Source: Octopus sinensis (lineage: Eukaryota). From it: a stretch of DNA of 22,082 nt. Within the stretch, counting starts at the first letter, position 1. Each line of letters opens with the position of its first letter. The notes below the pieces were generated by a model, which saw only the letters and a list, made by a program, of their open reading frames with translations, was not told the origin of the DNA and did no database searches. This document shows positions 1-10,205 of the stretch, piece after piece. The position numbers and the translations under genes were made by a program. The stretch lies in assembly GCF_006345805.1 (NCBI RefSeq), contig NW_021823628.1, positions 1 to 22,082 on the forward strand, given 5' to 3'.

Positions 1-674
1 TCTTTCTTTATCTCTCTCTTTCTGTGTGTGTCTCTCTCTCCGTCTCTCTCTCTGAAATGGTGATCTGATATCGCTTAACACACAAACACACACACACATA
101 CATACATACATGCACACACACTAACACACACGAATGTGTGTATGTGTGTCTATATATAAATATATATAAAAATATATATTCAGTTTCTTCAATTTTCTCA
201 TCTTCATCTATTGCTTATACGAAACACACATTAAGAGGCGTAAACTAGAAGCAACCATCAAACACTGAATAAAATTGAACAAGAAATAATAAGACAATAA
301 TGTAATACAAAAATTACGTAAATTACGAAATTTTTCGAGTGGTTTTCGTATTTCTTTTTCTTTTCTTTTTTTGCCATTGATTGGCAAGAAAGCAAACAAT
401 GTATACAATCACAACATATACATAAAATATTTTCTTGCATAAATTTCAAGGGAGTTAAAATGGCGATGGTGTTTAAATGTCAACTATTAATATATCGTCT
501 GCTTTTCTTTCAATATCTTCTTCTTCGCCTCTCTCTCTCTTCTTCTCGCATTATTATCTAGATTTTTCTTGTATTTCGGGATGGTCATTTTGGCTTTTGC
601 AAATAATCACACGCAATATATATTTTTTATTCTTTCGTTTATCTCTGTTCTTATTTTATTATTTTAATTCATAT

Positions 675-866
675 CACGCCGGGCGAAATGCTTAGCAGTA
701 TTTCGTCTGTCTTTACGTTCTGAGTTCAAATTCTGCCAAGGTCGACTTTGCCTTTCATTCTTTCGAGTTCGATAAATTAAGTACCAGTTGCGTACTAGGA
801 TCGAATTAATCGACTGGCCCCCACCCTAAAATTTCGGGCCTTGAACCTAGAGTAGAGAAGATTATT
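675..866 (+). mobile_element. SINE family B, B2-type 3' tail, 5'-truncated
   Basis: CACGCCGGGCGAAATGCTTAGC...GAGTTCAAATTC...GGTCGACTTTGCCTTTCAT matches the full copies at 2346 and 19372-19594; ends in the cccaccctaaaatttcgggccttg...agaagattatt tail. Confidence 0.85.
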
Positions 867-1004
867 TTAACTTATGTCCATTGACCGGAAAACGTTTGTC
901 ACGCGTCTGTGACCTCTTCAGTAACACTTTTCGTTTTCGTGTTTGTTCTGCTTCCACATTCTGTTCTCATTTTCGTTTGCGTTTATTTTTCGTGGACTAG
1001 TTAC

Positions 1005-1037
<33 letters not shown>

Positions 1038-1331
1038 ACTTACGATGAGATTAAACAAACAAAGTTTGTTTTAGAAGCGTTGAGATGTATTGAAAGATAC
1101 AGAAATAATGTTTTTAAATTCTCAAACGCGTAATAATGCTAATAAAATAGCATGAACAGGATAAATTATCCATATATTGCAGAGAAAATACGTTACCGGC
1201 CACCATGAGACTCGAACTCACAAAGTTTGTTTTAGAACCGTTTGTTTACTTTCACCGTAAGTTGAATTTAACGTTAGCGTCTTATGCAGCTGAAATTATA
1301 AGTTCTAAAATTGCAGAATAATGCGTTACTG

Positions 1332-1405
1332 GGCAGTTTAGCTTAATGGTAAAGCACTGTGATGCGTAATCACAGGGATGTGAGTTCGAGTCTCATGGCT
1401 TTATC
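1332..1405 (+). pseudogene. tRNA-like sequence (tRNA pseudogene or SINE head)
   Basis: A-box TAGCTTAATGG, D-stem GCTT/AAGC, stem CTGTGA/TCACAG around loop TGCGTAA, T-arm GTGAG-TTCGAGT-CTCAT. The acceptor stem pairs poorly and U33 is missing, so it is not a functional tRNA. Confidence 0.6.
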
Positions 1406-1435
1406 ACGCGTTTGAGAATTAAAAAAATTATTTCT

Positions 1436-1628
1436 GTGTGTGTGTGTGTTGTATATATTATATATGTGTGTGTGTGTAACTAATCCTCGATATATATATA
1501 TATGCATACACACACATATATATATAGGCGAGGGTGTGTGGTAAGCACATGGTTCCGTGCACATGTATATATATATACACAAATACATACATTTATATAT
1601 ATATATATAATATATATATATATATTTA
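1436..1628. repeat. mixed (TG)/(TA)/(CA) microsatellites
   Basis: direct inspection. Confidence 0.85.
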
Positions 1629-2345
1629 TATCGTTCTTACTTCTCCTGTCGTACAATCGTTGTTTCATCGCTTTTTTTGCATTCGTTTTCTTTCCTTCTT
1701 TTTCCTTATACATTCTTTTGTTTTCCTTTCCTTTTCATAACCGTCATCTTTTTATTCTCATTAACTACTTGTCCACCATTCCATTCAGCGATTTCCCATT
1801 CTTTTATTTGTGATTCTTTGGGGGTGTTTTTGGCGGGGTGGTGGTTTTTTTTTTTACTTTTCTCCTTGCTTTTCGTTTCGTTCTATTTTTATCATTTCCC
1901 CTTCGTTCTAATAAAAAGACTGACTGATATGTTATAAAAAAGAATAGAAAACGCTGAAATGATAGCGACTGTGTATAAAATCTGAATATGAAACGTTAAT
2001 AAACTATTTGTTTTCACTGAATTTTCCTCTTTATTTTCCTGATATTTTATTTCGACTGTGAATATCTTTCTAACTTTATTCGGAATATGCTTTTTCGATT
2101 TTTCTTTTATCGTTTCGTTTCCTATGTTACCGTGGGCCTTGCCTTTAATATTTTTTTTCTGGCATATATTATCAACTTTTCTCGTGGAATTCACTGACTG
2201 TTCGTCTTCCTATCGACTACATACTTTCCTTATTTTTTTTTTTTCTTTACAATTCTTTTATGAAGACAAAAAGAAATCTTAAGACAAAAAAAAATAATAA
2301 AATAGTAAAGTAATCATATGACGAATTATGGGTAAAGATGTGTTT

Positions 2346-2580
2346 GAGGCGGCGAGCTGGCAGAAACGTTTGCACGCCGGGCGAAATGCGTAGCCGTATT
2401 TCGTCTGTCGTTACGTTCTGAGTTCAAATTCCGCCGAGGTCGACTTTGCCTTTCATCCTTTCGGGGTCGATAAATTAAGTACCAGTTACGCACTGGAGTC
2501 GATGTAATCGACTTAATACCTATGTCTGTCCTTGTTTGTCCCCTCTGTGTTTAGCCCCTTCTGAATAGTAAAAAAATAAG
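2346..2580 (+). mobile_element. SINE family B, full length, tRNA-derived head
   Basis: GGCGGCGAGCTGGCAGAAACG (A-box-like) ... GAGTTCAAATTC (B-box-like) ... TTTAGCCCCTT...AATAAG; near-identical to the inverted copy at 19372-19594. Confidence 0.9.
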
Positions 2581-2980
2581 TAGCTTGTTTACCAACCACA
2601 TGGTTCCGGGTTCAGTCCCACTGCACGGCACCTTGGGCAAGCGTCTTCTACTATAGCCTCGGGCCGACCAAAGCCTTCTGAGTGGATTTGGTGGACGGAA
2701 ACTAAAAAAAGACCGTCGTATATGTGTGTGTGAGTGCACGCGCGTGTGAGTGTGTTTATGTGTGTGTGCCTGTGTTTATAACCCCACCTTCGCTTGACAA
2801 CCGATGCTGGTGAGTTTATGTCATCATAACGTAGCGGTTCGGCAAAAAGACCGATAGAACAAGTACTAGGCCTATAAGGAATAAATCCCGTGGTCGATTT
2901 TTTCGACTAAAACTTTTTAAGGCTGTGCTCCAGCATGGCCGCAGTCAAATGATTGAAACATGTAAAAGAATAAAAGAATA
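2577..2980 (+). mobile_element. SINE family C (CORE-like), missing first ~20 bp, fused to preceding B copy
   Basis: GGTTCCGGGTTCAGTCCCACTGC (B-box-like), GCACCTTGGGCAAG (resembles the CORE-domain motif GACCTTGGGCAAG), internal (TG)n, 3' CAGCATGGCCGCAGTCAAATGA..AAAAGAATAAAAGAAT. Confidence 0.88.
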
Positions 2981-3167
2981 ATTGAACACTGGAGCCAAAT
3001 AATTGATTTTGCCTTCCTCTCAGAATTATTGGTCTTTCACCAAAATTAAAATCGTCGATTTTCTCCGTCCTCGGAAATACTCTTTCTACCATTTATCGAA
3101 AGCAATAGATAGTGAAAATCGTTAAAGAACCAATCAAAATTACTTACGCTGACAAGTTATGGCTTCT

Positions 3168-3370
3168 TCCTTTCTGATTCCAAACCCCGCCGAAATCAAA
3201 AGTTGCCTTCCTTCCTTCCGGGATTAAAAAATTTAAAAAAATAATAATAAAAATAAGCAAAAGTATAATTCAAATTCTCGAATCGATGCAGGCCTTCTGT
3301 CCATTCTCCTCCACCGTCAAACCTTCTCCTCCGCCCCACGGCACAATTTTCTGGTCAGGTACCTAATTTA
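3168..3370 (+). mobile_element. old, degenerate B2-like SINE
   Basis: ctgattccaaaccccgccgaaatc..gttgccttccttcc and tail gcacaattttctggtcaggtacctaatttagaaacatt are weakly similar to B/B2. Confidence 0.35.
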
Positions 3371-3487
3371 GAAACATTTATTCATAATAATGATTTTAAT
3401 ATTTATAATTTCGTTTAATTTCTTTCAATTTTTATCTTTCATTTCCGGCTATAATTTTTCCCTGACCTATATCTTGATTCCAAGCTT

Positions 3488-3592
3488 TGATTCCCATTTT
3501 TGTCTGCAATTGTTCCTTCCTGATTTCCATTTTTGTCTGCAATTGTTCCTTCCTGATTTCCATTTTTGTCTGCAATGGTTCCTTCCTGATTT
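3488..3592. repeat. 33-bp minisatellite, 3 units
   Basis: TTTCCATTTTTGTCTGCAATTGTTCCTTCCTGA at 3491, 3524 and 3557; one substitution each in units 1 and 3. Confidence 0.95.
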
Positions 3593-4169
3593 TGTTGTTT
3601 AGCGTTCTCAAATTTTTTAGTCAATTTTTTTTTTTTGTTCGATCTTTTCTCTTTTTTTCTTTCGTATATTTTGTCCGATCTTTTTTTCTTTCCGATTTTC
3701 TTTTTGTCCAATCTTTTTTCTTTTCTTTTCCTTTTTCTTTCCTTTTCCTTTTTCTTCTTGGTTTCATTCTTTAAGTTCTTAACTTAAGTTTCTTTGGCAA
3801 AAAAATATGAAATATTCGATTTTTGTTTTAAAAATAAAGAAAGCCAAAATGGCGGCTGTATGTTCATATGGAATATTGATGTATCGTCTGGTTCCTTTCA
3901 GTTCAGTTATTTGCCTGTAACATTTTTATTCATTTATTTATTTACTTATTTTGTTTATCGGTATTTTGAGCTTTTCCTCTAGACACATTTTTAATGTCGA
4001 TGGAGGTGTATGTGTGTGGTTGGGTTGGGTTGGGTTGCTTTGGGTCTAGTTGTGGTGTGGAGGGGGACGTGTGTGGGGCTTTGGTCAGTTTTTTTTGGGG
4101 GGGCGAAACAATATTCAGCCCTCAAAACTTGTCATAATGACTACATCCTTTGTGTTCTGTAAAACTGAT

Positions 4170-4600
4170 TTGAAGGAGGAGGAGGAGGGGTGACGTGGGA
4201 AAAAGAGGGGTGAGGTGGGGGATGGGAAGAGGTGGAAAGAAGGAAAGAGAAGAGGAAGAGGGACAAGAGGAGGAGGGAGAGGTGGAAGAGGGAGAAGAGA
4301 AAGAGGGAGAAGAGAAAGAGGGAGAAGAAGAGGAAGGGGAAGAGAAGGAGGAAGGGGAAGGGGAGGAGGAGGAGGAGGAGGAGGGAAAGAGGAAGGAAAA
4401 GAGGAGGAAGAGGAGGAGAGAAAGAGGAAGGAAAAGAGGAGGAAGAGGATGAGGGAAAGAGGAAGGAAAAAAAGAGGAAGTGGATGAGGGAAAGAGGAAG
4501 GAAAAGAGGAGGAAGAGGATGAGGGAAAGAGGAAGGGAAAGAGGAGGACGAAGGATAAGAGGAGAAGGAAGGGGAAGAAGAGGAAGAGGAAAGGAAGCTG
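4170..4600. repeat. purine-rich (GA/GGA) low-complexity tract with internal repeats
   Basis: repeated GAGGAAGAGGATGAGGGAAAGAGGAAGG units. Confidence 0.9.
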
Positions 4601-4901
4601 AGAAGTGATGACAGCGACAACGAAGGATGATGTTACTGCTGCTACTTACTGCTGATGATGACGACGATCGATGCTGCTACTACTGCTACCATTTATAATG
4701 CTGCTGCTCTAATACTAATGGCGATGACCACCACGACGAGGAGCACAATGGGAAGGAAAGACAGCTGTCACTGCAGTATAATACCAATGTGAAACGGAGG
4801 GTTCGTTTAGTCTAATTTGATGAAAAATGAAGACAAAAAGAAAAGATGGCGGCAGCAGTGGCGGAAATGAGGAGGCGATGAAGAAGAGGTTGTTGCTGCT
4901 T

Positions 4902-4978
4902 GTGGTGTCGGTGGTGGTGATGGTGGTGGTGGTGATGGTGGTGGTGGTGGTGATGGTGGTGGTGGTGGTGGTGGTGGT
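4902..4978. repeat. (GGT)n/(GAT) microsatellite
   Basis: direct inspection. Confidence 0.9.
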
Positions 4979-5611
4979 CTTGGTCGCGGTAAAACAAAAC
5001 AAAAAAGATCAAGAGAAAAAATCGAAAGAAAATCATAAGACAAATTTTTTTAAATGACGGACGGAAACTGGAAGATGGCAGACGATAGAAGCAAATGACA
5101 AAGGAAGTCAGAAGACAAGAAAAAGACTGAAGGAAACGAAATCAGATAAAATAAACTTAAAAACAAAAATAATATTGAAAATGCACAAAAAAAAAACAGG
5201 ACAAATGTCGTAAAAAGAATAAAGACACCTAAATTAATAAACAAATTTTTTCCTAAAACGGCATCAAATTGATTTTAAATTGTTTGTTAATGAAAAAATC
5301 GATATTGACAAAGATAGATTTTTTTGTATGTATTCTGTAGTTGTTTTTTGTTTTTGTATGATGTTGTCTGTTTTTGGTGGAGATGCTGTTGGGTTAGCTG
5401 TGATGGTTGTGTGGTGGAAGTGGTGATGCTCATGGGGTTGGTGTTGTTGACAGCAGGGGATCCTAGTAGTGTTGGCGGTGATGGTCCTGTTTGGTGTTAG
5501 TTGTGGTTGTGATGATAGTTGCGCTTGGCGGATTTGGCTTTCTTCCTATGTCTTGGCTCACATCAAGTGAAAATTTTTGGAGAATTTTTTTCTATAAACA
5601 AAAGCACTCAT

Positions 5612-5756
5612 ATTCTTTTCTACTCTAGGCACAAGGACCGAAATTTTGGGGAAGGGGACCAGTCGATTAGATCGACCACAGAGATGTAAATAAACCATCA
5701 CTGCTTGTCAAGCGGTGTTAGGGGACAAGCACAGACACAAAGGCAGACACACACAC
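5612..5756 (-). mobile_element. chimeric SINE piece: family C middle joined to B2 3' tail
   Basis: minus strand reads C-type gcttgacaagcagtgatggtttatttacatctctgt, then switches at ~5677 to B2-type ggtcgatctaatcgactggtccccttccccaaaatttcgg...agaaaagaata. Confidence 0.7.
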
Positions 5757-6043
<287 letters not shown>

Positions 6044-6206
6044 TGTAAGAATTTACAAAAGAAAACAAAAGACGAAGACGGGTGTGTAAACAACAAACAG
6101 ATGTATTAGTTTAACGCTCGGGAAGTGAGAAAGTCTTTTTATGTTTCGAGCCTACGCTCTTCAACAGAAAGGAACACAGAAATAAACAGGGACAGAAAAT
6201 AGAAAA
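6044..6206 (-). mobile_element. short PLE-type non-coding element carrying a hammerhead-like motif
   Basis: flanked by AGAT repeats on both sides; related to 11905-12125. Confidence 0.55.
6135..6171 (-). ncRNA. degenerate minimal type I hammerhead ribozyme motif
   Basis: CUUU-CUGUUGA-A-GAGC(GUAG)GCUC-GAAAC-AU-A-AAAAG; A6>U and G16.2>A relative to the canonical core. Confidence 0.5.
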
Positions 6207-6370
6207 AGATAGATACGACGAATTTCTCACAATTTCCATCTATCGAATCAACTGACGAAGCTTTGGTCGGTTCGAGGTCAAAATAGAAGACAATTGCCCA
6301 AGATGCCATTCAGTGGGACTGAACCCGGAACCATGAGGTTGAGAAGCAAACGTTACGCCACACAGCCACG
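6207..6370 (-). mobile_element. SINE family C, 5' part
   Basis: reverse complement CGTGGCTGTGTGG...GGTTCCGGGTTCAGTCCCACTG..GCATCTTGGGCAA. Confidence 0.85.
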
Positions 6371-6410
6371 ATAAATAATTTTTATGTAATATATGATTAT
6401 TGATAATTTT

Positions 6411-6794
6411 GGGAGGCGCAATCGCCCAGTGGTTAGGGCAGCGGACTCGCGGTCATAGGATCGCGGTTTCGATTCCCAGACCGGGTGTTGTGAGTGTTTA
6501 TTGAGCGAAAACACCTAAAGCTCCACGAGGCTCCGGCAGGGGATGGTGGTGATCCCTGCTGTACTCTTTCACTACAACTTTCTCTCACTCTTACTTCCTG
6601 TTTCTGTTGTATCTGTATTTCAAAGGGCCGGCCTTGTCACTCTCTGTGTCACGCTGATATCCCCGAGAACTACGTTATGGGTACACGTTGTCTGTGGAGT
6701 GCTCAGCCACTTACACGTTAATTTCACGAGTAGGCTGTTCCGTTGATTCGGATCAACTGGAACCCTCGTCGTCGTAACCGACGGAGTGCTTCCA
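6411..6794 (+). mobile_element. SINE family A, full length, tRNA(Arg)-like head
   Basis: GGAGGCGCAAT..CCCAGTGG..GGTTTCGATTCCC head; 13-bp TSD TATTGATAATTTT at 6398-6410 and 6795-6807. Confidence 0.95.
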
Positions 6795-6871
6795 TATTGA
6801 TAATTTTCACTAGATTCATTGTAGCCATATTTATTTTTATTTTGCATTCCTTCATTTCTTAATATAAAGTA

Positions 6872-7061
6872 GTCAACAGAAAGAAAAGGAAATGGAGGCA
6901 AATTTTTTACTGCTCGTTTTCAGTTATATTAAGAGCTGTGACGATATTTTCTTTGCCTTCTATTGTTTTCGAGAAAGGAGCGTCAAAAAGAGAAAAGTCT
7001 GAGAAAGCTGATAAAGCAAGCAGTAAAAAACTTGCTTCCCTTACCTTTTCTTTCTGTTGAC
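6872..7061. mobile_element. MITE-like fold-back element
   Basis: inverted repeats 6872-6914 and 7019-7061 (39/43 matches, outer 18 bp perfect); non-coding interior; no clear TSD. Confidence 0.55.
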
Positions 7062-7206
7062 AACTTAACACGGTTGAAAGGCAAGCAGCAAAAATATATC
7101 TACTTACCTTTCAGTCGTGTTAAGCCAGCAGACATGTTGTCAACTGTTTCGTTTTTTTTCTTCAAATATCAATGTCTGTTTTATTGCTTTCTGATATATT
7201 TCGTAT

Positions 7207-7592
7207 GGGAGGCGCAATGGCCCAGTGGTTAGGGCAGCGGACTCGCGGTCATAGGATCGCGGTTTCGATTCCCAGACCGGGCGTTGTGAGTGTTTATTGA
7301 GCGAAAACACCTAAAAAGCTCCACGAGACTCCGGCAGGGGATGGTGGTGATCCCTGCTGTACTCTTTCGCCACAACTTCCTCTCACTCTTACTTCCTGTT
7401 TCTGTTGTACCTGTATTTCAAAGGGCCGGCCTTGTCACTCTCTGTGTCACGCTGAATATCCCCGAGAACTACGTTAAGGGTACTCATGTCTGTGGAGTGC
7501 TCAGCCACTTACACGTTAATTTCACGAGCAGGCTGTTCCGTTGATTCCGATCAACCGGAACCCTTGTCGTCGTAACCGATGGTGTGCTTCCA
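7207..7592 (+). mobile_element. SINE family A, full length
   Basis: same sequence as 6411-6794; TSD (A)TTTCGTAT(G) at 7198-7207 and 7592-7601. Confidence 0.95.
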
Positions 7593-7678
7593 TTTCGTAT
7601 GATTATTCGGTAACGAAGAAGACACATTTTATCTTTAGTCTTCTACGTGTTTCAATCGACCCAAGGCTGTAGTAGAAG

Positions 7679-7696
7679 ACACACACACACACACAC

Positions 7697-7729
<33 letters not shown>
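7679..7729. repeat. (CA)n
   Basis: direct inspection. Confidence 0.95.
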
Positions 7730-7735
<6 letters not shown>

Positions 7736-7863
7736 TTTCTAAAAGGATTTAACCAATGGAGAGAATACTTTTGATCCCTTCTTGAGACCAGAATTCAGTC
7801 ATGTGGTCCCAGAGTTTTCCGAGACTATTTCACACATAGAACGAAAAGAAGAAACCGGACAAT

Positions 7864-7864
7864 A

Positions 7865-7899
<35 letters not shown>

Positions 7900-7988
7900 A
7901 TGTATGTATGTATGTATGTATGTATTTGTGTGTGTATGTATGTATGTATGTATGTATTTGTGTGTGTGTATGTATGTATGTATGTATA
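7864..7988. repeat. (TG)n/(TATG)n microsatellite
   Basis: direct inspection. Confidence 0.92.
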
Positions 7989-8145
7989 TGAAGGGCTTCT
8001 TTCTGTTTCCGTCTACCAAATCCATTCACAAGGCTTTAATCAGCATGAGGCTATACTGCCCAAGGTGCCACGCAGTGGAACTGAACTCAGAACAATGTGG
8101 TTGGGTGGGAAGCATGCTTCTTACCACACAGCCACGCCTGCGCCT
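7989..8145 (-). mobile_element. SINE family C, 5' part with small internal deletion
   Basis: reverse complement GGCGCAGGCGTGGCTGTGTGGTAAG...GCGTGGCACCTTGGGCAG..ATAGCCTC. Confidence 0.85.
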
Positions 8146-8479
8146 ATGCCAGAAATTAATGGTGACGTTCTTTGATGCCTGTGAACAGAGAACGCAGAAC
8201 GGTTTCAATTCACGTTAGGACCAATTTCAAATGACTTTTCCTCTTTTCGTTTTACTTCGTCCATTATATTCGTGAAGAAATAAATGTCTCAATGGCCATT
8301 GAGACTAAGCAAATATGGGTTACTACCAATATGGGTTACTAGAAGTGCAAAATAAAAAGTGATCGATTCTTGGTTTACAATTTTAATGAGCGAAAAACTA
8401 TAAATAGAAAATAAATAAAAACAAATTGCGAATAATTAGTTTATTTTTTATTACAGTTCTCACCCACAGACTTTCCTTC

Positions 8480-9090
8480 TGTCCTTCTCTCTCTCACTCT
8501 CTCTCTCCTTTTCTCCCTCATTCTCTCTCTCCTTTCTCTCATTCTCTCATACACTCTCTCACTTTCTTGCGCGCTCTCTCTTTCTATTACTCTTTCACTC
8601 TCTCTCTCCCTCCCTACCTCCCTCTCTCTCTCCTTTCTCTCCTTCTCTCATTCACTCTCTCACTTTCTTGCGCGCTCTCTCTTTCTATTACTCTTTCACT
8701 CTCTCTCTCCCTCCCTACCTCCCTCTCTCTCTCCTTTCTCTCCTTCTCTCATTCACTCATCACTCTCTCGCTTTCTTGCGCGCTCTCTCTTTCTATTACT
8801 CTTTCACTCTCTCTCTCTCCCTCCCTATCTCCCTCTCTCTCCTTTCTCTCCTTTTCTCATTCACTCTCTCACTTTCTTGTGCGCTCTCTCTTTCTATTAC
8901 TCTTTCACTCTCTCTCTCCCTCCCTACCTCCCTCTCTCTCTCTTTTCTCTCCTTCTCTCATTCACTTTCTTGTGCGCGCTCTCCTTCTATTACTCTCTCC
9001 CTCGCCCTCCGTCAGTCTCACTCACTTTCACTCTTCCTCTCTTCTCTCTCTTTCTCCCTTTCTCTCCCTCCCCCTCTCTCCCTCCCTCTC
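8480..9090. repeat. CT-rich tract containing five ~93-108 bp units
   Basis: CTTTCTTG(C/T)GCGCTCTC..TTCTATTACTCT anchors at 8562, 8663, 8771, 8872 and 8965. Confidence 0.9.
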
Positions 9091-9332
9091 TGGTTTTGAA
9101 TCTTTTTTTGTCATTTTTATTTATTAGTTGTTTTTATTTTTATTTTTTCATTCTTTTTTTCTGGTCAACTTTGGTCTAATCGAAATGACAGCTAAGTAGG
9201 TGAAAGCATATCAGACGATAAGAACTGAAAGAAAAAAGCCATTAAAATACAATCACATCCGCTGAAACAGAAATTTAAAAAAAAAACAGTTGAAGATAAA
9301 TACTTTTTTCATGCGTGTGTATTTGTGTGATG

Positions 9333-9340
<8 letters not shown>

Positions 9341-9401
<61 letters not shown>
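9341..9401. repeat. (TG)n
   Basis: direct inspection. Confidence 0.95.
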
Positions 9402-9403
<2 letters not shown>

Positions 9404-9554
9404 GTAAATCCGTGCGTGCGCGTGTTAATTAAATTACTAGTCACACTTATATGACATACTTCAGCTTTTATTGGAGCTCTTCAGCGAAAGTGCAACACGA
9501 CACACTTGCTGAAGTAGTCTTCGTCGAATCATTGAATCAACAGAGAGACATCCA

Positions 9555-9724
9555 GTCGAGGCTGTGCGGTAAGACGTTCGCTTCCCAACAAACATAGTTC
9601 TTGGTTCAGTCCCAGTCCATGGCACCTTGGGCAAGTTCCTTCTAGTATGTCTTTGGACCGACCAATGCCTTCCGAGTGGATTAGGTAAACAGAAACTGAA
9701 AGTAGCCCGTCGTATATATATATA

Positions 9725-9755
<31 letters not shown>

Positions 9756-10064
9756 CTGTGTGTCTGTGTGTCTGTGTGTCTGTGGGTGTGGGGGTCTGTG
9801 GGGTGGGGGTGCGTGTTTCTGTGTTTGCATGTGAGTGTGTCTGTGTTTGTGTTTGTCCCTCACCACCGCTTGACAACCGGGTCTGGTTCGTTTACGTCCC
9901 CAAAACTTAGCAGTTCGGAAAAACAGACCGATAAAATAGGTACCAGCAAGATTTCAGTAATAAGTGCTGGGCTAATTCGTTCAACTAAATGTTCGTTCGA
10001 GCCGTGCTACAGCATGGCCGCAGTCTAATGACTGAAACAAAGAGACGGTAAAGGATAAAAGATA
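9555..10064 (+). mobile_element. SINE family C, diverged full-length copy with expanded internal microsatellite
   Basis: GGCTGTGCGGTAAG..GGTTCAGTCCC..GGCACCTTGGGCAAG..(TG)n..GCTTGACAACCG..CAGCATGGCCGCAGTCTAATGACTGAAAC. Confidence 0.85.
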
Positions 10065-10205
10065 ATTTATCCTCACTTAATCGAGGATGTTCTCTTAGCA
10101 CAAGCTATACTGTGGTAGATTGCATGAGAGAACAGCCACGTTTGAGTGGGAATATATATATCACCTGCCTTTGTCGCTAATCTTATAATAATTCTGCTTG
10201 TTTCT

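Noticed and set aside
1528-1562. Short family C head-like fragment (GTGTGGTAAG-CACATGGTTCCG)
   Set aside because: Too short (~25 matching bases with a deletion) to annotate reliably
3488-3592. CRISPR-like appearance of 33-bp (and 32-bp, 42-bp) repeats
   Set aside because: Units are contiguous or separated by low-complexity spacers, there are no cas genes, and the context is eukaryotic
3846-4853. YY1-consensus matches AAAATGGCGGC (3846) and AAGATGGCGGC (4843)
   Set aside because: Isolated, one next to trinucleotide repeats, and no other promoter evidence
6252-6275. CTGACGAAG on the plus strand
   Set aside because: Chance variant inside the antisense of a family C SINE; no stem II or GAAA
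6411-6490. tRNA gene call for family A heads (also B and C heads)
   Set aside because: A/B boxes are present but there is no complete cloverleaf, and each continues into a multi-copy SINE body
9457-9516. Small hairpin CTTCAGC/GCTGAAG and a minus-strand CUGAAGA..GAAG motif
   Set aside because: The core lacks GAAA and has an extra base; short stems are expected by chance
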